From an uncultured delta proteobacterium (GTDB lineage Bacteria; Desulfobacterota; GWC2-55-46): a stretch of DNA of 64,000 nucleotides. The notes below the pieces were generated by a model. It did not search any database and had not been told where the DNA came from. It worked only from the letters and a program-made list of their open reading frames with translations. Every line of letters starts with the position of its first letter. The first letter of the stretch is position 1. Shown here one piece after another: positions 9,081 to 17,426 of the stretch. Location: positions 4,161 through 68,160 of the forward strand of contig CAVSHY010000011.1 in the NCBI GenBank assembly GCA_963727865.1. Direction: 5' to 3'. A program made the position numbers and the translations under genes.

Positions 9081-10763
9081 ATAACACAAATTTACGGAAA
9101 TCTGCTTGGGCTTAAATCAAGCCAGATTAAAAGAATAGAGCGGATATACAACCGCCGTATACCGCCCTCCCGGACCATCACCCCTGAACTCGGCAGGTAT
9201 ATGACAGAGCTTTCAAGGGAGTTAAGAAGGCAGCTCGGGATAATAGTGAACAGGAAAGGCGCTATCGTTTCCGTCATCGTGGGTGATGAAAAAGAGATCG
9301 TTATCCCGGTGCTTTCCGACTACCCGCTCGGCCGGAGGCATCTGAGGGGCGTGCGCTGCGTCCATACCCACCTTAAAAACGAACCCCTCTCGCAGGACGA
9401 CCTTACGGACCTCGCGCTCCTGCGCCTTGACCTTATGGCGGCTCTGGGAGTCGCTGAAGACGGGCTCCCCGTTGATATTTATACCGCGCACCTGCTGCCC
9501 TTCAACCCCGAAGGCAAAACTTACGAACTTGACCCGCCGGAGCCATTTCACAGGCTTGACCTTGATATGAGTTCATTCTTGAATTCCCTCGAAGAAGAGA
9601 TGGGTAGAGCCGTCATGAGGGATGTAAAGGACACCCGCGAAAGGGCGATCCTCGTGAGCGTTTCCGCAAGGCACAAAGACGAGCAGATGGAATCCCTCGA
9701 AGAACTGAAGGAACTCGCCCGCACAAGCAACGTGGTTGTTCTCGACGCCGTCTGCCAGCGGCCCGAGAGGATAAACCCCAGGTACCTTATGGGCACGGGG
9801 AAGATAAAGGAACTCATAATAAAGGCGCTGCAGAAGGAAGCGACCATGCTTATATTCGACCAGGAACTTACCCCGACGCAGGTAAGGGAACTGGGGGATA
9901 TAACAGAGCTCAAGGTAATAGACAGGACGCAACTCATTCTCGATATATTCGCCGGAAGGGCCCATTCGAGGGACGGCAAGGTCCAGGTGGAACTCGCCCA
10001 GCTTAAATACCTGCTCCCGAAACTTACGGGGAAAGGGACTTCTTTATCGAGGCTCATGGGCGGTATCGGCGGGAGAGGCCCCGGCGAGACAAAACTCGAG
10101 GTCGACAGAAGAAAAGTTCAAAACAGGATCTCGCACCTTGAAAAAGAACTGGAGACCCTGAGCCGCGGGAGGTATGAACGCAGAAGGAAACGCGCGGGAA
10201 GCGGGGTGCCGATAATCTCAATCGCCGGTTATACAAACGCCGGCAAATCAACCCTTCTTAACTCCCTTACAAAAAGCGATACCCTTGTGGAGGATAAGCT
10301 CTTCGCGACCCTTGATACGGCCACGAGAAGGCTCCGGTTCCCGAGGGAAAGGGACGCGGTCATTACCGATACCGTCGGGTTTATAAGGGATCTCCCCAGG
10401 GACCTTTTAAAAGCCTTCAAGGCAACGCTTGAAGAGATGGAGGACGCGGATCTGTTGATCCATCTAATTGATTTAAGCAATCCGCTTTTTGAAAACAGGA
10501 TCGCAACCGTTGAAAAGATACTCGATGAGATAGGGCTCCTTGGTATCCCGAGGATCCTGGTGTTTAATAAATGCGATCTCGTCGATCCAGTAATAGCGGG
10601 GAACCTGGCGAAGAGACACAACGCCATACTCATACGGGCGGCCGACCCTTCCACTCTGACGCCGCTTCTTAAGGAACTTGAGCGCCGGCTTTGGGGCGGC
10701 GAGGAGGGTGCGCCTGAAAAGAACGTGGGCATTGAGGATCTCAGGAAGAAAAAGGCTTTCTAA
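9081..10763 (+). CDS. hflX: GTPase HflX, long N-terminal form; probable ATA start
   Basis: QVELAQLKYLLP, GGRGPGE, GYTNAGKS, LFATLD, DTVGF, NKCD. The frame stays open upstream of ATG 9201 with ITQIYGNLLGLKSSQIKRIERIYNRRIP, which resembles the long-HflX N-terminus. Confidence 0.93.
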   Translation: MTQIYGNLLGLKSSQIKRIERIYNRRIPPSRTITPELGRYMTELSRELRRQLGIIVNRKGAIVSVIVGDEKEIVIPVLSDYPLGRRHLRGVRCVHTHLKNEPLSQDDLTDLALLRLDLMAALGVAEDGLPVDIYTAHLLPFNPEGKTYELDPPEPFHRLDLDMSSFLNSLEEEMGRAVMRDVKDTRERAILVSVSARHKDEQMESLEELKELARTSNVVVLDAVCQRPERINPRYLMGTGKIKELIIKALQKEATMLIFDQELTPTQVRELGDITELKVIDRTQLILDIFAGRAHSRDGKVQVELAQLKYLLPKLTGKGTSLSRLMGGIGGRGPGETKLEVDRRKVQNRISHLEKELETLSRGRYERRRKRAGSGVPIISIAGYTNAGKSTLLNSLTKSDTLVEDKLFATLDTATRRLRFPRERDAVITDTVGFIRDLPRDLLKAFKATLEEMEDADLLIHLIDLSNPLFENRIATVEKILDEIGLLGIPRILVFNKCDLVDPVIAGNLAKRHNAILIRAADPSTLTPLLKELERRLWGGEEGAPEKNVGIEDLRKKKAF

Positions 10764-10842
10764 CCCCTTAAATCCCGAAAACCGCGGCATCTGAAACCGC
10801 CCGCTTTGCTTAAACCGGTAAGAAGATATTTTAAAGGATTTA

Positions 10843-11114
10843 TGAAATGCACCGCTCGTCGCCCTGCCCGCTGCTTGCAGCGCGGTCAAGCGAGCGATCT
10901 TTTAAAATCCTACGCGAGACGCCTCGCCTTGTCAAGCGACCCATGAAGGACTCTGAAAAATCCTGCGCGAGACGCCTCTCCTTGTCAGTCGCCACATGAA
11001 GGACTCTGAAAAAATCCTACGCGAGACGCCGCTTATTTTAAGGTTCTCCATAAAGGACTCTGAAAAAACTTACATTTCGAAGATTCTCCGCTGCCTGTAG
11101 CGGAGAATCTTCAA
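10843..11114 (-). mobile_element. Palindromic element copy B, three tandem internal modules
   Basis: Reverse complement of the copy A ends; three 53-54 nt units starting TCCT at 10908, 10961 and 11015. Confidence 0.8.
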
Positions 11115-11117
11115 TTA

Positions 11118-11498
11118 TCACGCGTATTTCCTCGCGGACCTGATTATCTCTTCCGCGAAATATGGTTTTCGGATAAATTCGTCTATCATCCCTTCCTTGA
11201 TCCCCTGAAGTATTACATTCTCCGCGTCCCTGAAGTACCCCGTAAAGAGTATTACTTTTGCGCCGGGCCTTACCTTCTTTATTTCTCTGAACGCCTCAAG
11301 CCCGTTCATCCCCGGCATTACTATGTCCATAAAGACCAGGTTGTATCCTTTAGCCCTGACCGCTTCCACCGCGTCTTTTCCGTTTATCACATAGCCCGCC
11401 TCAAACCCCTCATCCTTCAATATCTCGCTTATGCCTATGCCTATGGCCTCCTCGTCATCAACGACAAGGACCTTACTCCGCATTTTTGCGTTCAACAT
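11118..11498 (-). CDS. Single-domain response regulator (REC)
   Basis: KVLVVDDE, FMDIVMPGMNG, ILFTG, FIRKPY; GGAGG upstream of ATG 11498. Confidence 0.9.
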   Translation of the reverse strand: MLNAKMRSKVLVVDDEEAIGIGISEILKDEGFEAGYVINGKDAVEAVRAKGYNLVFMDIVMPGMNGLEAFREIKKVRPGAKVILFTGYFRDAENVILQGIKEGMIDEFIRKPYFAEEIIRSARKYA

Positions 11499-11795
11499 TT
11501 TCTCACCTCCCCCTGAATAAGTCGGCACGGAGAATCTCTCGGCCCTCGAGAGTTTTCCGTAAGTTTCAAATACGAGCACGCACAACCGCGATTTTAACTT
11601 AAGCTAACAAATACGCTTTAGAGACCATCAAAATGTAATGTCAGGGTGATTTTTCGGGAAGAAAGAACTATTTACAGTTGACGAGATGACACAGGCCGGT
11701 TTTCAGGTAGAATTCCAAGATGTTCTATAGGTTTGAAAACGCTTTAATTATATCTTCCGAAATTTTCCTGTCAAGGTCTTGACGCTTTTATAATA

Positions 11796-12347
11796 TTAAT
11801 CATTTGAAATTGACCTTCTGAATTCCCAGGGCGGCTGCGGGTTCAATTGCTTCCATAGCCCCAATTTTTTCCCCCTCGCCTCTTTTTCAGCCCTGATGTA
11901 CTCAGAGGCGTACGGTCTTTCCAAATACCTTCTGTAAGCCCATGCCCACCCTTCCCTTGCCATCTCGAGATTAATGTCTCTTCCATTGAGGCGTATAACA
12001 GCTACGGACCTCCCGTAGCTATCAATATCCCTGACCTCGATGGCTACCTTTTTACCAAGGACCTTTGACCTCAGGGCATTTGCCGCCTGCCTGCCGAAGG
12101 GTTGCCCGGGTTTTTCCCCGTGCCCGGTCTCTGGCGCGTCAATCCCGTAAAGCCTTATCTTAAGTTTCCCCCCTTTAGTCTTTGCCCAAACGGTGTCTCC
12201 GTCAACAACATAAGTTACAACACCCTCGATAGGCTTTGACGCGCCCTGTGATGGCCCAGGTAGAACTATCAAGGCTAATGATACGGATAAAAAAAGAATA
12301 ATATAAAAAAGCCTTTTTGTGTCTTTTATTTCGTATTTTTTAAACAC
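11796..12347 (-). CDS. Exported thermonuclease (SNase-like)
   Basis: Signal/TM segment, VVDGDT, IRLYGIDAPE, DSYGRSVA, GWAWAY, GLW. Confidence 0.9.
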   Translation of the reverse strand: MFKKYEIKDTKRLFYIILFLSVSLALIVLPGPSQGASKPIEGVVTYVVDGDTVWAKTKGGKLKIRLYGIDAPETGHGEKPGQPFGRQAANALRSKVLGKKVAIEVRDIDSYGRSVAVIRLNGRDINLEMAREGWAWAYRRYLERPYASEYIRAEKEARGKKLGLWKQLNPQPPWEFRRSISND

Positions 12348-12384
12348 GGATTCTTCTCCTTCTCTTTTAAGTTCTCTAAAGAAA

Positions 12385-13557
12385 TTAATTTTTTATGAGC
12401 TTTTCAGAGATTAAGAAAGCCGACACTATGAACAGGAGAGAAACCGTAAATACCGCTCCCGCCCCGTTTGAAGATAATAGCCACGTGCCGACAAATGGAG
12501 CGACCGCGCCCCTGAGGCCACCTGCCGCGACGTTCGACGCCATGTAGCGCGGAACCTCTCTCGAAGACGACATCCTTGTTACAACGACATACCCGGTAAG
12601 TTCAATGGCCGCGGCGACAAAACCCGATATACCCTGAGCCACGCCGAGCATATAAATATTACGGGACAATATATAGATGAGGGGGATAAAACTTCCGGCG
12701 ATAAATACCCCCATGAGGGCATGCCTTATGGAATGTTTGTCGAGAAATCGTCCCCAGAAGAAAAACCCCGCGAGCCACATGCTCGAAAAAACCGAGCCGT
12801 AGACGCCGGCGGCGAAGTTAGTGATATGCGCCTCGTCCACGAGAACAAGGGGGATAACGGGTAAGGCGATCAAAAGGCCGGATTCAAAGAGCGTATAGGT
12901 CAAAAGATACATCTGAAAGGGCCTGTTCTTAAGGGGGGTCATAATGTGGATCGCCCCCTTAATGCTTTCCCTGTTTTTCTTCTCATCCCTCACCTTTATC
13001 GCCCCGAACTGAAACGCCGCTAAAATCCCGAAAAGGGCCGCAAAAGGAAAGATATACCTGTAATTATAGGTATCCCTCTCGAGTATGAGGCCGCTTATAA
13101 AAGCGGAAAACATCCAGAGAACCGCTGTCACCGCCCGCACAAAGGACATAAGCCTTCCCCTTACCGCATCGGGGTAGTTGGTTTTCATTATGGATGCGTA
13201 AGACGGGAACGGTATGGCGGTAACCAGCATATACAAAAATATAAGAGCGGTATAGTAGCCTGGGCCTTTAATAAAAAACATCCCGAAAAGCAACGACCTG
13301 CCGAGAACGCTCGGCCAGACAACGTACCATACCCGGCCCTTGCCGAATATGTCCTCGGTCCAGAGTAGAGCGAAAGCGTTGGCTACATAAGGGGTGGCGG
13401 CGAGAAGGGCTATCTGGAAATTGGTAGCCCCTATTTTTCTTCCAATAATTGATATAAAAGGCAGGAGCATGCCCCCGAAAATCCCAAAAAAGAAGGCGGA
13501 TTTAAGGTCATAAGAAAAAGTGTGCCTGGCGTAAGCGGGGAGGTCCTTAAAATTCAT
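12385..13557 (-). CDS. MFS transporter
   Basis: 390 aa with about 12 hydrophobic segments; YPDAVRGRLMS and WGRFLDKH loop motifs. Confidence 0.75.
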   Translation of the reverse strand: MNFKDLPAYARHTFSYDLKSAFFFGIFGGMLLPFISIIGRKIGATNFQIALLAATPYVANAFALLWTEDIFGKGRVWYVVWPSVLGRSLLFGMFFIKGPGYYTALIFLYMLVTAIPFPSYASIMKTNYPDAVRGRLMSFVRAVTAVLWMFSAFISGLILERDTYNYRYIFPFAALFGILAAFQFGAIKVRDEKKNRESIKGAIHIMTPLKNRPFQMYLLTYTLFESGLLIALPVIPLVLVDEAHITNFAAGVYGSVFSSMWLAGFFFWGRFLDKHSIRHALMGVFIAGSFIPLIYILSRNIYMLGVAQGISGFVAAAIELTGYVVVTRMSSSREVPRYMASNVAAGGLRGAVAPFVGTWLLSSNGAGAVFTVSLLFIVSAFLISEKLIKN

Positions 13558-13721
13558 AATGATAATTATAGATTAATATCCGATCGAATGCTTTAAAATG
13601 AGCTGCAAATCAATGCGATTGCCCGATTTTACGCATAAAATATAATTTATAATTAAAAATATCGGATATACCTCGTATCTCCCATGTCATAAAACTTAAA
13701 TTCCTTATGAAGTTATAATTA

Positions 13722-13749
13722 TTGACATTTTCAATTCGTAAGATATACT
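13722..13749 (+). promoter_or_regulatory. sigma70-like promoter
   Basis: TTGACA-N16-TATACT upstream of 13844, followed by two direct repeats of GGATTAGACAA. Confidence 0.55.
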
Positions 13750-13843
13750 AAAAATGTAAATAAATTAAGAAAGGAAAATTACAGGATTAGACAATTAACG
13801 GATTAGACAAACTAACGGCAACACGAACTTACGGAGGTGTTAT

Positions 13844-14473
13844 ATGAGCCAGATGAATTGGAGAAAAAACATTCAAGAAGCTATGAATGAAGTATCCGGT
13901 GGTACAAGATATCTCTTTTTATTCTTTTATCAACCGGACGATATGGGTTCCACAAAGACATTTGATGAAAACTTCAAAGACGATAAGGTGATCAGGGTAA
14001 TCGAACGTGAGACCGCTGCGGTTAAGTTCAACGTGAAAGAATCGAAAGACATCGCCAAAAAGTATAGCGTGGATTGGACCCCGACATGCATAATCGCCGA
14101 TGAAAAGGGGACTGAGCTGGAGAGATGGGTAGGCTATCTGCCGTCTGAAGATTTTATCGCTCAGATGATGCTTTCCGGCGCGCTTGCGGACTTCCATCTT
14201 GAGAAACACGCGGAAGCCGTAAGTGAACTTGAAAGGTTAATCGAAGATAACCCCAAATCAGAGTTTATCCCTGAAGCTGAATACTTCCTTGGCGTAGCGA
14301 GATTCAAAAAGGACGGGGACATGTACGCCCTTGCTGAATGCTGCCGCAAGTTAAATGAGAAATATCCTAATAGCCTGTGGGCAAAAAAGGGCTCTGTGTG
14401 GGCTCACCTCGCGATTGGGAAACCCTTCGTACCGTTCAGCGAAGGAACTTCGTTGGGTGGCGGACAGTACTAA
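13844..14473 (+). CDS. Thioredoxin-fold plus TPR-like protein lacking CxxC
   Basis: Trx-like cis-Pro loop KYSVDWTPT and C-terminal PEAEYFLGVARFK...KYPNSLWAKK; RBS GGAGG. Confidence 0.65.
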   Translation: MSQMNWRKNIQEAMNEVSGGTRYLFLFFYQPDDMGSTKTFDENFKDDKVIRVIERETAAVKFNVKESKDIAKKYSVDWTPTCIIADEKGTELERWVGYLPSEDFIAQMMLSGALADFHLEKHAEAVSELERLIEDNPKSEFIPEAEYFLGVARFKKDGDMYALAECCRKLNEKYPNSLWAKKGSVWAHLAIGKPFVPFSEGTSLGGGQY

Positions 14474-14496
14474 ACGTTCAAAACCTCAAAATCCCG

Positions 14497-14530
14497 AGAG
14501 GATGCGGCCTTAAAGGCCGCATCCTCTTTT
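14497..14530 (+). terminator. Rho-independent terminator
   Basis: AGAGGATGCGGCCT/AGGCCGCATCCTCT 14-bp stem followed by a T tract. Confidence 0.75.
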
Positions 14531-15262
14531 CATTTAAATATCCGGAATTTTCTTTTTAAAAAAGAGCGGACCCGACAGCTGTAAACCGCTAAAAACGGCG
14601 GAAAGCTACGCCGAAAATGAAAAGCGGCTATTTCCCTGAAGTTACAACGATCACTTTCGCGGAAGTTTTCGAGTCCTCTACCGTAACTTTCCCGTATATC
14701 TGCTTGTGGGTAAGGCATATATAATAGTATTCGCCGGGTTCTTCAAACTTAAACTCCCAGCCCTGTCCCGGCGCCAGCTTCGGCGAGGATATGCCCCTGG
14801 CCCCTATGACGGGCATCGAGGCCAGGATGTGGGACCCGCTATCCTCATTTACCCATCTTACGGTCCCGCCTTTTTTTATCGTTATGTTATTGGGAAAAAG
14901 CGTATTTGCGTTTGTTGCTTTAGATAACCTGACGACATTTACGCCATCGTCAAGTTTCGAAACCTGAGGCGGATTTAACCTTGACTCGAAGATCCTTTTC
15001 TTTACTCCTTTTAAAAGGCCGATATTCCCTGTCAGGTTTTTATATTCATTTGCCATGAATTCCGCCACGATGAACTCCGACTCCCTTTCTTCCCTGTTGG
15101 TAAGGGGTGAAAACGCCTCATCAAGTAAGGACTTGATCTCGGACGGTATTTTAGCCTGATCCTGCTCCACGAGAGCGGCCATGCCGTCGAAATCTTTCTC
15201 TTCAAACGCTTCTTTGAATTTTTTAGGAATTTCAGATCCGGCGGAACATACGCCGGTTAAAA

Positions 15263-15827
15263 GTGAACCTCCGCCGACAGGAGTCGGCGGTTTCTGAATA
15301 AGTTACCCCAGATCGAGTTTCAGTTGCCCTTTATCTTCTTTCTCTTGGTGTTCAACGTATGACAAAATTTCCTTCTCGCTTAGCCCAACGGTCGCAACAC
15401 AGTAACCGCGAGACCATATCCCCTCGCGACCCCATATGGCTTTGCGCATGGAAGGAAATTTTGTCTTCAAATACTTGGCGCTACGCGACTTCATATACTG
15501 TACAACTCGGGCAACTGAAACTCTCGGCGGAATGACTATTACCATATGAATATGGTCGAGCTGAACGTTGACCTTGATTACCTCGATATCTTCATCCACT
15601 CCTTCGAGGTGTTGCAAAACTTGTTCAGCATACTGCCTTACACCTTCTATAAACAACTTCTTGCGATATCGAGGAGTCCAGACGATGTGGTATTCTGTTT
15701 TATATACAGCATGAGTGCTCTTGCGAAATCTTATGCATATTGTTGTATCCCATTATCCAACAAAACTCCACATCGTCTGGACGGCCTATTCATCACCAGA
15801 CAGGAGTCTGGTGTTTTAACGGCCAAA
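15263..15827 (-). mobile_element. IS200-like insertion sequence (tnpA only)
   Basis: Subterminal hairpins CACCAGAC-TCCT-GTCTGGTG (left) and CCGCCGAC-TCCT-GTCGGCGG (right); right end ...GGTTCAC; no target duplication; left boundary uncertain by a few nt. Confidence 0.88.
15303..15734 (-). CDS. tnpA: IS200/IS605 family Y1 (HUH) transposase
   Basis: RFRKSTHAVYKTEYHIVWTPRYRK, HUH DHIH, WSRGY, YVEHQ. The conserved N-terminus begins at ATA 15734. Confidence 0.92.
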   Translation of the reverse strand: MRFRKSTHAVYKTEYHIVWTPRYRKKLFIEGVRQYAEQVLQHLEGVDEDIEVIKVNVQLDHIHMVIVIPPRVSVARVVQYMKSRSAKYLKTKFPSMRKAIWGREGIWSRGYCVATVGLSEKEILSYVEHQEKEDKGQLKLDLG

Positions 15828-16201
15828 TAAAGGCCGTTATTGCCGCGATAAAAAAAACTGTCCATTTTGAGTCAATACCCCACCTCTATAACCGCGTTCT
15901 GAATGTTGCTGCTTAATAACCCATTCACGATCTTAAATAAAAAACAACGGGGCTGTGATCACCCCCGTTCCTGAAACGCTTAAACCCCGGACTTAAGCGG
16001 AAAAGATTTTACGGCTACCGTTAATTCCTATATTTTTTTTGCGTGGAAGCCGAAAGTTCCGGATATATAGCTGACTCTCCGAATGTCAAAATTATATATA
16101 AGGAAGATTAGAGGGAGATTAGAAAGGCGGTTCCCGCCGGCTCCGGGCGTTTTTAAGACGTAATAAAAAGCCGTTTAAGAAAGCTTAAATACTTAAAACA
16201 T

Positions 16202-16232
16202 AAAAAAAGGGGGATGAGAAAATCATCCCCCT
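16202..16232 (-). terminator. Rho-independent terminator of the gmk-rpoZ operon
   Basis: GGGGGATGA/TCATCCCCC stem followed by a T tract on the minus strand. Confidence 0.8.
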
Positions 16233-16233
16233 C

Positions 16234-16348
16234 TGAAAATGCAACGCGAGCGCATTCTCCGCTGCTTGCAGCGGGGTCAAGCGAGCGAATAGAAATAGTT
16301 TCCTTACATTTGGAAGATTCCCCGAAGAAAAGCTGCGGGGAGCTTCAA
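16234..16348 (-). mobile_element. Palindromic element copy C (core only, 111 nt after TTGA)
   Basis: Minus strand TTGA|AGCTCCCCGCAGC...AAATGTAAGGAAACTATTTCTATTCGCTCGCTTGACCCCGCTGCAAGCAGCGG...GCATTTTCA. Confidence 0.8.
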
Positions 16349-16362
16349 ATACCCGATAGATT

Positions 16363-16560
16363 TTAATGCGACGTCTCTTCAGCCTGTGTTACGTATCCCG
16401 CAGCGACTTCCCTTAACGCCGTAACGACAGCCTTGTTATCTGTCTTCACGAACGGGGGCGCGCCCTTTATGATTTGCCTCGCCCTCTGAGACGCCAGATG
16501 AACTAACGCGAAACGGCTCGGCACCTTCCTGAGACAATCTTCAACGGTTATTCTTGCCAT
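16363..16560 (-). CDS. rpoZ: RNA polymerase omega subunit
   Basis: [10 protein letters not shown]...[15 protein letters not shown]...[14 protein letters not shown]. Confidence 0.96.
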   Translation of the reverse strand: MARITVEDCLRKVPSRFALVHLASQRARQIIKGAPPFVKTDNKAVVTALREVAAGYVTQAEETSH

Positions 16561-16690
16561 AGATTACCTTCCTCCCTTATAATAAATCCGCTCAAATCCG
16601 AACTTTTAAACTTCTTTAAACCCTTTAACCTCTACCGCTGAAACCAGTTGCCAACCGCCCCCTTTACCAACTGCCCCTTTACCAACAGAG

Positions 16691-16797
16691 CCCGCCCCTC
16701 CGCCCCCTGTTACCCTCGTCCCCATGCTCTCTTCACCACACCTGCTCGCCGCCAACCATTACGCATCCCCCTTGCCCCCTGCCTGTCCCCCGTGCCC
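16691..16797 (-). other. G-rich tract with two canonical G-quadruplex motifs
   Basis: Minus strand GGG-CAC-GGGGG-ACAGGCA-GGGGG-CAA-GGGGG (16797-16767) and GGGG-ACGA-GGG-TAACA-GGGGG-CGGA-GGGG-C-GGG (16723-16691). Confidence 0.6.
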
Positions 16798-16802
16798 GCT
16801 GT

Positions 16803-17426
16803 CTAAAAAACTGACCCGAAGATTTCTTTAACCGTTTTCAGCATCCTCTTACTCTTCGACTTTTCGGATATTATGATGGACTTTAACTTTTCAAACGCCT
16901 GTTCAAGCTCGTTATTTATTATTATATACTCGTACCCGGAAGCCTTTTTTATCTCGTCAATAGCTATTTTTAGCCTTTTTTTTATCTCCTCCGGACCGTC
17001 TTTCCCTCTTAACATGAGCCTTTCCTCGCATGCCTCAATCGACGGCGGAAGTATGAAGATATAGACCCCTTCGGTCAGTGTTTTCATTACTTTCTCCGCC
17101 CCCTGGACGTCTATATCCAGTATCACGTCCAGCCCCCTGGAAAGCATCCCCTCAAGATCTTTTCTTGAGGTGCCGTACTTTTTCCCGAAAACGGACGCGT
17201 ACTCAAGGAATTCATTCCTTTCGACCATGCGGTCGAAAGCGGGCTCATCCACAAACCAGTAATCAACCCCGTTTATCTCGCCGGGTCTGGGCTGCCTCGT
17301 GGTATAGGAGACAGAATGCCTCAAATCCGGAAAAAAATCAACCGCCTTCTTGCAGAGCGTCGTCTTTCCGGTCCCTGACGGGGCGGAGACTATGAAGGAT
17401 CTGCCTCTTGCGCGCTCATTCGACAT
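16803..17426 (-). CDS. gmk: Guanylate kinase
   Basis: SAPSGTGKTT, SYTTRQPRPGEINGVDY, YGTS, LDIDVQGA, FILPPS. Confidence 0.96.
   Translation of the reverse strand: MSNERARGRSFIVSAPSGTGKTTLCKKAVDFFPDLRHSVSYTTRQPRPGEINGVDYWFVDEPAFDRMVERNEFLEYASVFGKKYGTSRKDLEGMLSRGLDVILDIDVQGAEKVMKTLTEGVYIFILPPSIEACEERLMLRGKDGPEEIKKRLKIAIDEIKKASGYEYIIINNELEQAFEKLKSIIISEKSKSKRMLKTVKEIFGSVF

Larger units (their letters stand above)
14628..15876 (-). pseudogene. Exported cupredoxin-domain protein interrupted by IS200
   Basis: C-terminal FPNNITIKKGGTVRWVNEDSGSH...FEEPGEYYYICLTH. Removing the IS restores the in-frame signal-peptide-like KWTVFFIAAITAFI-LTGVCSA. Start codon uncertain. Confidence 0.65.

Noticed and set aside
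10908-11068. CRISPR array
   Set aside because: Only three units, the 18-nt variable segments are related to each other, the array lies inside a dispersed repeat, and there are no cas genes in the window.
11770-11783. Palindrome GTCAAG-GT-CTTGAC
   Set aside because: Could be an operator or back-to-back -35 boxes, but it occurs once and no regulator can be assigned.
15263-15827. This IS200 TnpA as the mobiliser of the six palindromic elements
   Set aside because: Its hairpins, apparent target (TTTA versus TTGA) and right end (TTCAC) differ; a different transposase is more likely.
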